From: Synechococcus sp.
Lineage (GTDB): Bacteria > Cyanobacteriota > Cyanobacteriia > Thermostichales > PCC-7336
NCBI GenBank assembly: GCA_051439425.1
Contig: JBFRWD010000132.1
Coordinates: 1-43,466, forward strand
Reading direction: 5' to 3'
Length of the DNA stretch: 43,466 nt
Under the pieces are notes generated by a model. The model was not told the origin of the DNA. It ran no database searches and saw only the letters and a list, made by a program, of their open reading frames with translations. The position numbers and the translations under genes were made by a program. Within the stretch, counting starts at the first letter, position 1. The number at the start of each line of letters is the position of its first letter. Below, piece after piece: positions 29,345-38,831 of the stretch.

Positions 29345-30262
29345 CTAGCTGCTCCGATGATTGGTGTTGGGGACGTGAATCCGAGTACCTGCCCACTGCA
29401 GCTTTTCCCGGAGCGTGTGGAAGAACGATGTATTTCTCTCCAAGATAATAAATTGGGCTGCTTGCTCCGCTCGGCACACCCGCACGTGATGGCCGGGGTT
29501 CACCGACTGAGCCAGCACACCATCGTTCCACAATCGCGTCAGCCCTTCTGGATCGGCCAAAGGCCAGATTTTGATACAAGCCTCGCTGCCGATCACAATT
29601 GGACGACTAGATAAGCTGAGCGGGCAAATGGGGGTGATGCTGATGACATCTAGGGATGGATGGACAATTGGGCCGTTGGCGGCCACCGTGTATGACGTAC
29701 TCCCTGTTGGTGTAGAGACGAGCAACCCATCGCCGTGGTACTGGTCGACAATCTCTTGGTTGACCTCGATCTCGAAAATAGCAGAGGGAAGTTTGATATC
29801 TGAGGTGGGCTTGATGCAGATTTCGTTCAGACAGTAGTACCAATCGCTATCGGGATCGCCATTCATGTGCTGGACGCGAGCTTGCAACATGGTGCGCGAT
29901 TGGATGGTGTAATCTCCGCGCATCAGCCGTTCCCACGGATCGTCCGACAGAATTGCCTCGGACTGCGCCAAAAAACCCAAGTGACCGCCCACCTTCACCG
30001 GCAAAATTGGAATACCCTGCGGGCCGAGATGTCTTGCTGCCCCCAAAGTTGAACCATCCCCCCCCAGCACGATCGCCAGATCGATTGGGTCTTCCGTTGC
30101 TTCCAAAAATACGGGATATGGGTTGTGATAAACCCCTGTCGGAGCAGTTAAGACGGTGACACCTAGCGATCGCAACTCATCGGCACATTTCTGACAGGCA
30201 GTTTTACTGCGGCGATCGCTTTCCTTATACGCAATAACCACTTGAGAGAGCTGCAAACCCAT
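29345..30262 (-). CDS. nadK: NAD+ kinase
   Basis: LGGDGS, GGHLGFL, LNE, GDGLLVSTPTGSTSY, TPICP. Confidence 0.96.
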   Translation of the reverse strand: MGLQLSQVVIAYKESDRRSKTACQKCADELRSLGVTVLTAPTGVYHNPYPVFLEATEDPIDLAIVLGGDGSTLGAARHLGPQGIPILPVKVGGHLGFLAQSEAILSDDPWERLMRGDYTIQSRTMLQARVQHMNGDPDSDWYYCLNEICIKPTSDIKLPSAIFEIEVNQEIVDQYHGDGLLVSTPTGSTSYTVAANGPIVHPSLDVISITPICPLSLSSRPIVIGSEACIKIWPLADPEGLTRLWNDGVLAQSVNPGHHVRVCRAEQAAQFIILERNTSFFHTLREKLQWAGTRIHVPNTNHRSS

Positions 30263-30559
30263 AGTTCAATGGCAGATTTCTGCGTCAAACAATGGGATCA
30301 GCCTATCGATGGAACTCAAGTGCTGCCAGAAATGTTTAGGTTTTCCCTAACTTGTTCTGGTGTGTGTCAACTCGTCTAAACTGACGAAGGTGCCATGCTC
30401 GATGTGCCAAATCTGCTGTAAGAGCCTACCTGCGGTCTGGTCAGCGGATAAACGATGCCCCAATCTTCGTTCGCTGGCATACACTCCTGTTAGCCGCTAT
30501 GTGATTTATTCACTCCGTTGGTTTGATACGATAATCACGTTCATTCTGGAACGACGAAC

Positions 30560-31066
30560 TTGACTCGATCTGTCGATCTGCCCCCCACCGTAGACGTTTT
30601 CTTGCAAGAGCTGTCCACTATTCAGCAGGCGGGGCCCAAAAGAATTGCTATCTTGGGGAGCCGACATGTCCCCATTACCCATCAGTACTTGATTGAGATG
30701 CTGAGCTACGCGCTGGCGCTGACGGGTAATAAGATTCTCACCTCTGGTGCTCAGGGCACTAACTCAGCGGTTATTCGCGGAGCGATGCGAGCGGATGAGG
30801 GGGCACTAACAGTGATTTTGCCCCAGAGCCTAAATCGCCAGCCTCAAGAATCTCGTGCGCAGCTCGAAAATGTCATGCATTTAGTAGAGCATTCCGAGAA
30901 CAACGAATTGTCGCTGGCAGAAGCCAGTGTCCTCTGCAACACGGAAATTATTAGTAAGTGCCAGCAGCTCATTTGCTTTGCCTTCCACGACAGTGCGACC
31001 TTGCAAGAGGCCTGCCAGTATGCGGAAGATCAGCATAAAGTTGTCACGCTATTTTTCTTGGACTAG
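30560..31066 (+). CDS. Short DprA/Smf-like (LOG/Rossmann fold) protein, cyanobacterial 'DNA recombination-mediator A' type
   Basis: KRIAILGSRHVP, TSGAQGTNSAVIRGA, LTVILPQSL, QLICFAFHDS; TTG start. Confidence 0.85.
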   Translation: MTRSVDLPPTVDVFLQELSTIQQAGPKRIAILGSRHVPITHQYLIEMLSYALALTGNKILTSGAQGTNSAVIRGAMRADEGALTVILPQSLNRQPQESRAQLENVMHLVEHSENNELSLAEASVLCNTEIISKCQQLICFAFHDSATLQEACQYAEDQHKVVTLFFLD

Positions 31067-31429
31067 ATTTTCAACCTCGAATTCAGCTTTGCTCCCGCCC
31101 GGGTTCCACTCTCGGGACGTGCGACAAACCTTAGTCCCTGCGACTGGAGAAGGAAGCGCATCAAAAGATGATGAATTGAGGGCTTTACGATCTTCTCCTT
31201 CGTAGTCGTGTTTGAACAAGATGCTTTGTTTGACGTCAGCTCGACAGAGTGAGCCAAGAAGACCGGAAAGATGCAATAGTTACGCTCGGGTCAAGTGTTT
31301 TGTCTCCAAGGGGGCAGCGAAATTCTCGACGAGCGCGCCGTATTCTGAGACAGTTTCAATAGCTTCGCCTGAATGGGGTCTAATGGTGCTATCGATCTCG
31401 CGCGCACACGCGAGCACACGGCATTACCC

Positions 31430-34400
31430 ATGACTGATTTCATCAATCACTCCGCCATTCTTCGCGAACAGCTGCTGAACGATTACCGCCAGATTTCGCC
31501 CCTCGCTCGCACCATCGTCCAGCTGTTCTCGGTGATTTACCAACCGGTCAGTCGCAGCAATTTTCTCAGGTGCCTCAATCGACTTGAAGTGCGGGATGAA
31601 AAGGATCGCCGCTTCACTGCAAACACCCTCAGACGGCATCTGACCGAACTATTGGCTCTGGATTTACTGGTGCAACCCCCCAGACAGAGTCCCCGCTGCA
31701 ACCCCCTGTTAACCGAAATCGCCACCCGAGATGCCGTTCGCGAAGGCTGCTTCGAAGTTTGGGTAACGGCAATCGAGGCCGAACTGCCCGTGCCCACTCA
31801 ACATTGGGGAAAAAAAGAGCGCTATTTCGAGACCGAAGACCAAATGATGCGGGAAGTTCGCATCGGCATTTACCGCCACGATGCAGAGTTCATCCGACAC
31901 CAAGTTGAATGCTTCTGTCGGTACGGTTTTGTGTCCCCCGAGGCCATACTGTCTACCCTCTACCAGCTGGTATGCAATAACCCGTTAGATCCCGAGTGGT
32001 TTCGCACCCTGCCGCTAGCCATCTACGAACCGGCATTGAAGGCTATTTTTGAACTGGCAGAATGGAACTTTTTCCCTGTAGATCGACCGTTTGCACTGCT
32101 TCAAGAGGGTTGCGTTCGAGAAGGTGGGGAAGAGGCCCGTTGTTCGGATGCGTTGCGCTTGCTGCTGGTCGAGCAGTATCTCCACAAGGGGCGTTTATCG
32201 GACGCGCAAACTACTCTGGAATGCCTCTCTGCCAGCACTAGCGAATCGGGAGCTATCTACTGGGGATGGTTGAGTTTTGTGTGCGGAGAAAACGACACCG
32301 CGATCGCCTATTTCACCCAAGCCCTGAAACAACTGAAAAAAGCCACCCGCAAGCGCAAGATCTTTCTCGATGGCATCCCGGGCTGGTTGTACGTGCTGGC
32401 CTTGCTGAAACAGGGGTCCCCCCAATCACTGCAGGAGGCGCTCTCCTACTGCCAGATCGTTGCAGAAGATGCCCAGCATTGGATGGCTGCCAGCTACGCA
32501 GTGCTCTTCGGTTTGGTCAAAATACAACAGGGGGATCTCTCGCAAATGGACGCGGTTGCAAACGCCGAGATCCCCGAGGTCACCGAATCCATCAATTACG
32601 AGCCCCTGCTGGTGGCGCTCTGCATCTACTGGGCCAGTCCCGATGCAGCGAAATCGAGTTCGCAACTGGCTATCCAGTTGAGATCCCTCTTCGAAGCGGC
32701 CCAATCCTGCGGCTACACTTGGCTGGCGATGGAATCTGCGCAGCTGTTGTCGAAATGCTTGTCTCAAGGGCAATACGATCGCCAGGCAGCCGAATTACGC
32801 AACGACAGCGGCATTCAGCCCCTGGTCGACATCCTGCGATCGCAAGAACCCTGGGAACTTTGCTTGAATGCTCTGGTTAATCTGCAATCTCCCTCGAAAA
32901 CTGCATCGACACCTGCAACCCAAAAACGCTTGGCTTGGTTTGTCACCCACTACTCCAGCCAATGTACTGTCCAACCTCGCGAACAGAAAATTGGGGCCAG
33001 CGGAGCCTGGAGTAAGGGACGGCCGATCGCTCTCAAACGGCTCTATAGCAGCTTAGAAGAATTCGACTATCTCACCCCCCAAGACTTGCAGGCCTGTGCT
33101 TGTATCAAGACGTTTACGTCTTATAGCTCCTACAGCTATCGCGGCACCACCGAATACGTCTGCGGAGAACGAACGATCGCGGCATTGATCGGCCACCCTC
33201 ACGTGTTTTGGGAGGACACCCCCAGCGTGCGGGTGGATGTGGTGAGAGGAGAACCAGAACTGCAAGTCAAAAAGAAGCGCAAAGGGCGGGTCACCCTGCA
33301 GATGATTCCTAAGATTAAGGCGGACAGAGATATTGTGGCGCTGAAGGAAACTCCCACACAAATAAAAGTTATTGAAATTACTTCGGAGCACCGACGGATT
33401 GCCGAGATTCTCGGCCCCAAGAACCGACTGGATGTTCCAGCTGCGGCTCAGGCTCGGGTGCGGGATGCGATCGGAGCTGTCTCGCAAATCGTGATGGTAC
33501 AGTCCGACATCGGTGGCGGAGCCGTACAGGCTGAAGAGGTCCCCTCAGAATCTGTCCCCCACGTCCATCTACTACCTGCCGGAGATGGCTTAAAAGTGGC
33601 TGTGTTTTCACGTCCGTTTTCCAAGGGGGGCCCCTACTTTCGGCCGGGGAAAGGAGGGGAAACAGTAATTGCCGAAATTGATGGCCGACGGCTGCAAACC
33701 ACCCGTAATTTAAAGCAAGAACTCAAACTGGCGAAAGCTGCAATCTCTGCCTGTCCAACGTTAGGTCGCCAAGAGGAACGCGATCGCGAATGGATGGTGC
33801 CGGATCCGGAAGATTGCTTGGAGCTCTTGCTGGAGTTTCAAGAGCTGGGGGAGGGAGCAGTGTTGGAATGGCCGGAGGGGGAAAAGCTGCGGGTCAGCCA
33901 CCGGGCCAGCTTTGACGATTTGCGCTTGACGGTGAAGAAGCAGCGAGATTGGTTTGCCGCCAGCGGCGAACTCAGGGTGGACCAAAACTTGGTGCTGGAC
34001 ATGCAGACCTTGCTGCAGCTGCTCGATAAAGCTCCCGGTCGGTTTGTCCAACTGGAGGACGGTCAATTTTTGGCTTTAACCCGCGAATTTCGCAAGCGTC
34101 TGGACGAAATGCGGGCTTATTCGGAGCAGAGCGGCCAGGGCATTCGCTTCCATCCCCTGGCAACTCCGGCGATGGAAGAGTTTTTGGACGAGGTGGGACA
34201 GCTCAAAACCGACAAGCATTGGCGTGCCCACGTCGATCGCCTCAAAGACATGCAAGCCCTGCAGCCGCAACTGCCCTCTACCCTGCAGGCAGAGTTGCGG
34301 GATTACCAGCTGGACGGGTTTAACTGGCTGGCGCGGTTGGCCTATTGGGGGGTAGGGGCTTGCCTGGCGGACGATATGGGCTTGGGCAAGACGCTACAAG

Positions 34401-35671
34401 CTCTAGCTGCTGTCCTTACTCGCGCCCCCGAGGGACCGACGCTGATCGTGGCACCGACGTCGGTGGGGGCCAACTGGATAAGTGAAGCCCAGCGGTTTGC
34501 CCCGACTTTGCATCCGATTCAATTTGGCAGCGGCGATCGCCAGGCCGTGCTGGATGGGCTGCAGCCGTTTGACATGCTGGTTTGCACCTACGGCTTGCTG
34601 CAGCAGAAAGAGGTGGCCGCCATGCTGGCGGAGGTGGAGTGGCAGACAATTGTGCTGGACGAGGCCCAGGCCATCAAAAACGCTGCCACCAAGCGATCTC
34701 AGGCGGCCATGAAGCTGCAGGCGGGGTTCAAAATCATGACGACGGGGACGCCGATTGAGAATCACCTCGGGGAGCTGTGGAATCTGTTTCGCTTTATCAA
34801 CCCCGGGTTGTTGGGGTCGTTGGAGCGCTTCAACAAGCGCTTTGCCAACCCGATCGAGAAATCTGGGGACCAGCAAGCGCGCAGCAAGCTGAAGAAGCTG
34901 ATTCAGCCGTTCCTGCTGCGCCGCACCAAGAGCCAGGTGCTGGAGGAATTGCCCTCGCGCACCGAAATTCTGCTGCAGGTGGAATTGAGTGCGGAGGAGA
35001 TGGCGCTGTACGAAGCGCTGCGGCGGGAGGCACTGGAAAAACTGGCGGGAAGCGATGGGGATGGGGGCCCCAAGCATTTGCAGGTGTTGGCGGAAATTAT
35101 GAAACTACGGCGGGTGTGCTGCAATGCCCGGTTGGTGGTTCCGGATACTCCCCCCTCCAGTGCCAAGCTGCAGTTGTTCGGCGAAACGGTGGAGGAGCTG
35201 CTGGAAAATCGTCACAAGGTGTTGGTGTTCAGCCAGTTCGTCGATCACTTGCACATTCTGCGAGACTATCTGGAGGATAGACAGATTGCGTACCAGTATC
35301 TGGATGGCAGCACTCCTGCCAAAAAGCGCAAGCAGCGGGTTGATGCATTTCAGGCTGGGAATGGGGATGTATTTCTCATTAGCCTGAAGGCGGGCGGTAC
35401 GGGGCTCAATCTGACGGCTGCCGATTACGTGATTCATATGGATCCCTGGTGGAATCCGGCTGTGGAGGATCAGGCGTCCGATCGCGCCCATCGCATCGGA
35501 CAGCAACGACCGGTGACGATTTACCGGTTGGTGGCGAAAGACACGATTGAGGAGAAGATTGTGTCGTTGCACCAGCACAAGCGGGATTTGGCGGACAGCC
35601 TGCTGGAGGGGGCGGATATGAGTGGCAAGATGTCGACGGAGGACTTGTTGCGGTTGATCGGCGATCGCTAG
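31430..35671 (+). CDS. Large SNF2-family (SWI2/SNF2) helicase-like ATPase
   Basis: LRDYQ, LADDMGLGKT, LDEAQAIKN, TGTPIEN, LRRTK, VFSQF, SLKAGGTGLNLT, QASDRAHRIGQ; long helical N-terminal region. Confidence 0.95.
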   Translation: MTDFINHSAILREQLLNDYRQISPLARTIVQLFSVIYQPVSRSNFLRCLNRLEVRDEKDRRFTANTLRRHLTELLALDLLVQPPRQSPRCNPLLTEIATRDAVREGCFEVWVTAIEAELPVPTQHWGKKERYFETEDQMMREVRIGIYRHDAEFIRHQVECFCRYGFVSPEAILSTLYQLVCNNPLDPEWFRTLPLAIYEPALKAIFELAEWNFFPVDRPFALLQEGCVREGGEEARCSDALRLLLVEQYLHKGRLSDAQTTLECLSASTSESGAIYWGWLSFVCGENDTAIAYFTQALKQLKKATRKRKIFLDGIPGWLYVLALLKQGSPQSLQEALSYCQIVAEDAQHWMAASYAVLFGLVKIQQGDLSQMDAVANAEIPEVTESINYEPLLVALCIYWASPDAAKSSSQLAIQLRSLFEAAQSCGYTWLAMESAQLLSKCLSQGQYDRQAAELRNDSGIQPLVDILRSQEPWELCLNALVNLQSPSKTASTPATQKRLAWFVTHYSSQCTVQPREQKIGASGAWSKGRPIALKRLYSSLEEFDYLTPQDLQACACIKTFTSYSSYSYRGTTEYVCGERTIAALIGHPHVFWEDTPSVRVDVVRGEPELQVKKKRKGRVTLQMIPKIKADRDIVALKETPTQIKVIEITSEHRRIAEILGPKNRLDVPAAAQARVRDAIGAVSQIVMVQSDIGGGAVQAEEVPSESVPHVHLLPAGDGLKVAVFSRPFSKGGPYFRPGKGGETVIAEIDGRRLQTTRNLKQELKLAKAAISACPTLGRQEERDREWMVPDPEDCLELLLEFQELGEGAVLEWPEGEKLRVSHRASFDDLRLTVKKQRDWFAASGELRVDQNLVLDMQTLLQLLDKAPGRFVQLEDGQFLALTREFRKRLDEMRAYSEQSGQGIRFHPLATPAMEEFLDEVGQLKTDKHWRAHVDRLKDMQALQPQLPSTLQAELRDYQLDGFNWLARLAYWGVGACLADDMGLGKTLQALAAVLTRAPEGPTLIVAPTSVGANWISEAQRFAPTLHPIQFGSGDRQAVLDGLQPFDMLVCTYGLLQQKEVAAMLAEVEWQTIVLDEAQAIKNAATKRSQAAMKLQAGFKIMTTGTPIENHLGELWNLFRFINPGLLGSLERFNKRFANPIEKSGDQQARSKLKKLIQPFLLRRTKSQVLEELPSRTEILLQVELSAEEMALYEALRREALEKLAGSDGDGGPKHLQVLAEIMKLRRVCCNARLVVPDTPPSSAKLQLFGETVEELLENRHKVLVFSQFVDHLHILRDYLEDRQIAYQYLDGSTPAKKRKQRVDAFQAGNGDVFLISLKAGGTGLNLTAADYVIHMDPWWNPAVEDQASDRAHRIGQQRPVTIYRLVAKDTIEEKIVSLHQHKRDLADSLLEGADMSGKMSTEDLLRLIGDR

Positions 35672-35751
35672 TGACTCCGATCGGTAGCGTGGTGGTGGTA
35701 GGAGAGCGTCGATCTCTGTGAGCGCGTGGCATTAATTCCTGGCCTGATTGA

Positions 35752-36063
35752 AGCGAAAGCAATTTGGAGAAGCTGAATACCCAGCACCGCAGCGTCAACA
35801 ACCACACTCCGATTGACTGCCTCACCGATCGAGTGGGAGAGCTGCTCTCAGAGCATCACCTGATGCTTCCCACTGACGAATGTTTAGCCCCCTCCCGAAG
35901 AGGTAATCGTCCAAGTCGATGGTGGACATATTCCCATTAAAGAAAAAGGAAAACGCAGTTTCGAAGCCCGATCTGCGCTCGCCTACCGACCAGAGAACGT
36001 TCAAGAGATAGACCAGCACCATCGCGAGATGACCAACAAGTCTTGTGCTCTCTCCGCTAAGAA
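35752..36063 (+). pseudogene. ISKra4-family transposase internal fragment, frameshifted
   Basis: Manual translation SNLEKLNTQHRSVNNHTPIDCLTDRVGELLSE, frameshift near 35890, then EVIVQVDGGHIPIKEKGKRSFEARSALAYRPENVQEIDQHHR. Confidence 0.75.
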
Positions 36064-36153
36064 GGCTGCCGCAGACATTTACCAGAAAATGCTGCGGGTG
36101 AATACCTGCACGATTGTGACGGAGTTGGGTGGAAATTGCCAACTGTAGGCAAC

Positions 36154-37068
36154 TTATTTCGTCCGTGGTTCTCTCGCCTGGGTTCTAATACCATTCGCCT
36201 CGATGCCGACTAGGGTAAGCAGCAACGTCAACCACCCGACCAATCCCGCTAAGGGGTTCCCCCCAACGCCTGTGACCCAGTCAGGGATCGCTGCAGTGTA
36301 GCCAACCCAATCAGAAATATTGACCGCAGATATCGCTAATACCCAACCAGTATGCAAGCCAATGGACAAGCCCAACCGATCGCCGGTTAGATACTTGCTT
36401 CGCACCAAAATAGCCCCAACCAGCAGCAATCCGACGAGCTGCAGTCCCCATTGGTGAACGACAGCAAAGACAAGCGTCGTAACTGTGGCGGCCAGCCAAT
36501 CCGGATAATCCAGCCGCAACTCCTCCAACACCCATCCTCGGAACAGCAATTCTTCTGCAAACCCAACCGCAACAGCCGTGGCGATCGCGTTCAACCACGC
36601 TGTCAGCAAAACATCCGGATCGACAGGTTGCCAATTTAACCACCCCAATGCAGACTCAGCCAACAGAGGTACAAATCCCCCTAGCATTCCAATGGCAACC
36701 CCTACCATCAACTCCTGCGAGCAACGGGGCATAGACCGTAAACCCAGAGCACGATACGGGTGTGCCTGCCGGTGGACCCATTTCCCCCAACCCGAAAATG
36801 CCGATACCACCATCACATACAAGCAAATAATGACGGCAAGATCGGGTAACTGCAGGCCACCAGCCAGTACCCACCACACCATCAAAAATGGCAGTACAAA
36901 CGTAGGGATGCGCAACCAGGCAGGAAGTAAACTGATGCGCTTGCCCCATTGAAGCCAAGTTGAATCTTGCGACTCGGAAGGAGACGCATCTTGACCCGAC
37001 GGTTTGGGAGTGGGGAATGGGTTAGGCAATCCTTCTCTTTGCGGCCGCCGAGCTGAGCCACTTGGCAT
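36154..37068 (-). CDS. CPBP (CAAX/Abi) family intramembrane metalloprotease
   Basis: EELLFRG, FAVVH, SIGLHTGW, GGNPLAG; multiple TM segments. Confidence 0.92.
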   Translation of the reverse strand: MPSGSARRPQREGLPNPFPTPKPSGQDASPSESQDSTWLQWGKRISLLPAWLRIPTFVLPFLMVWWVLAGGLQLPDLAVIICLYVMVVSAFSGWGKWVHRQAHPYRALGLRSMPRCSQELMVGVAIGMLGGFVPLLAESALGWLNWQPVDPDVLLTAWLNAIATAVAVGFAEELLFRGWVLEELRLDYPDWLAATVTTLVFAVVHQWGLQLVGLLLVGAILVRSKYLTGDRLGLSIGLHTGWVLAISAVNISDWVGYTAAIPDWVTGVGGNPLAGLVGWLTLLLTLVGIEANGIRTQAREPRTK

Positions 37069-37126
37069 CTACGCCAACCAGCGTATTACATGCTGAGTGC
37101 AACCAATGGATGGTGGAAGAAGCTCG

Positions 37127-37411
37127 CTAGCAGTCCGGCTCGATGGAGCTGGTTAAACCATGCATCTGTAATTGCTCTTTATAAAACTCGGCATGTTCTT
37201 GCGGCACCACAATCACCAGCGCGATACCGTTCATGTGAGCTTCCATCATCACATCACGAGCCTGCGGTGGCTGCATAGCCGGAATCGTCTTCACCAAAAC
37301 CTCGATGACGTACTCCTGGGAGTTGAAATCATCGTTGTGCAACATCACCCGATACATTGGCATCGGCTTCCGGGCGGTTGAGCTTTTCGGCTTGACCTCC
37401 GCGAATACCAT
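37127..37411 (-). CDS. clpS: ATP-dependent Clp protease adaptor ClpS
   Basis: YRVMLHNDDFN, MMEAHMNG, QEHAEFY. Confidence 0.96.
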   Translation of the reverse strand: MVFAEVKPKSSTARKPMPMYRVMLHNDDFNSQEYVIEVLVKTIPAMQPPQARDVMMEAHMNGIALVIVVPQEHAEFYKEQLQMHGLTSSIEPDC

Positions 37412-37509
37412 GATTGGTCGCTCCGTAATAAATGCTTTTCAAAAACAGTGGAAATCTACGTATATTCTGCAAATTTCTTCATAATGTTGCAAGCGCAAAG
37501 GCCTTTGCC

Positions 37510-38319
37510 CTACAAATTGAAGAGTTCAACAAAGAAAAACACCAGGGGTGCTGTAAAAACGTAGCTATCTCCTCGATCCAAGATACCGCCATGGCCGGGA
37601 ATCAGATCGCCGGAATCTTTAACCCCTGCATTGCGCTTCATCAAGGACTCGGTCAAATCCCCTAATAATCCAGTAATGCCGATCGATGCCCCCAAGGCAA
37701 TACCGGTCCACGGCCAACCGTACCAATCCAACCACCATGGTCCGGACCCAGCCGCCGCGATCGCAGTGCTGCCGATCATTCCAGCAATCGATCCTTCGAC
37801 CGTCTTCTTGGGGCTAATGATGGACAATTGGGTTTTTCCAAATTGCTTGCCCATAAAATAGGCCCCAATATCCGCCGCCCATATACAGGCAAATGCCATT
37901 AACCCTAGCTTCAGCCCATTGGAGTGGGCTCGAACTAATATCCAGAAGCTCGGCAAATAGGCGCAGTAGAACAACCCCAAAATCGACGTGGCAATATCGT
38001 TGATGGTTGCAACTTTTGGCTTAAAAAGAAGATAGAAGCAAATGCACGTACCTGCCAGAGTGAAGCACAATCCCGCCCATTCCGGACGTAGTTGCTGAAT
38101 CAGCATAAGCCCTTGGCTGGTAGCGATTGTCATGCGCATTGCGGGTGTTGCCCCCGTTGCACGCACCAACTTGAAAAATTCCAACTGAGCTAGTAACACA
38201 ATGACCGCAATCATAGCGGTGAAGTACCAGCCTCCAAGAAACGAGACTGTCAGGGCAAGGGCGATCGCAACAACCGCACTCAGTAAGCGGAGCTTGAGCT
38301 TCTCTCTCACACCCACCAC
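37510..38319 (-). CDS. cdsA: Phosphatidate cytidylyltransferase
   Basis: WAADIGAY, ISPKKTVEG, GDLTESLMKR, KDSGDLIPGHGGILDRGDS. Confidence 0.97.
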   Translation of the reverse strand: MVGVREKLKLRLLSAVVAIALALTVSFLGGWYFTAMIAVIVLLAQLEFFKLVRATGATPAMRMTIATSQGLMLIQQLRPEWAGLCFTLAGTCICFYLLFKPKVATINDIATSILGLFYCAYLPSFWILVRAHSNGLKLGLMAFACIWAADIGAYFMGKQFGKTQLSIISPKKTVEGSIAGMIGSTAIAAAGSGPWWLDWYGWPWTGIALGASIGITGLLGDLTESLMKRNAGVKDSGDLIPGHGGILDRGDSYVFTAPLVFFFVELFNL

Positions 38320-38666
38320 ACTCCTTGGGGGGGCTGCTGGATGTCAGATTGGTACAAGAAACCATCCAATACGCGTTTGTAATCTCCAAGTGTAGCCGAG
38401 CTATCTTCCGAATCAGTGAGGAAAACGACTTGCAACAGCAGCTAATCTATCAGCTGTTCGAACTCTGCAAGTAGTAAGTGTTGGCCCAAACCACAGTGCG
38501 TAGCTAGCCAGACTTCCATCTTTCTTGGCATGCCCCCCAGCTCTGGCCCGTTAAGCTCTGAGAAGAAATCAGTGGGTTCTTTTCTCGTGTGCAGGTATTA
38601 ACAATTAGGATTCTTTGGATCGAAAACACTTCAACAACTAGCCAGAATTAGAAGGTTGCCTCAGAT

Positions 38667-38713
38667 TGTGTATCGCAAAGTACACATACACAATACTTTT
38701 CAGAAATTATTAT
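38667..38713 (+). promoter_or_regulatory. Putative NtcA-binding site with downstream -10 box
   Basis: TGTGTA-TCGCAAAG-TACACA (GTA-N8-TAC core at 38670-38683), then TATTAT at 38708-38713. Confidence 0.6.
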
Positions 38714-38831
38714 TGACGAACAATTTGCGAAAAATCTAAATCTTTGGGTCGATCTGTCACACAGGCAAAAATAAATCAACAATTAACCTCTTAAGTATAT
38801 ATTATTTCTTGAAATCTCCGAGACAACAATT

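Noticed and set aside
29151..29345. tRNA-Asp as an island integration site
   Set aside because: No integrase and no duplicated tRNA 3' end seen; it is followed directly by a terminator and nadK
31049..31433. Short ORFs between the DprA-like and SNF2 genes
   Set aside because: No recognisable family in the frames I read; a decayed gene is possible but unsupported
35822..36142. 106-aa minus-strand ORF
   Set aside because: Antisense to the ISKra4 transposase remnant; no recognisable motifs
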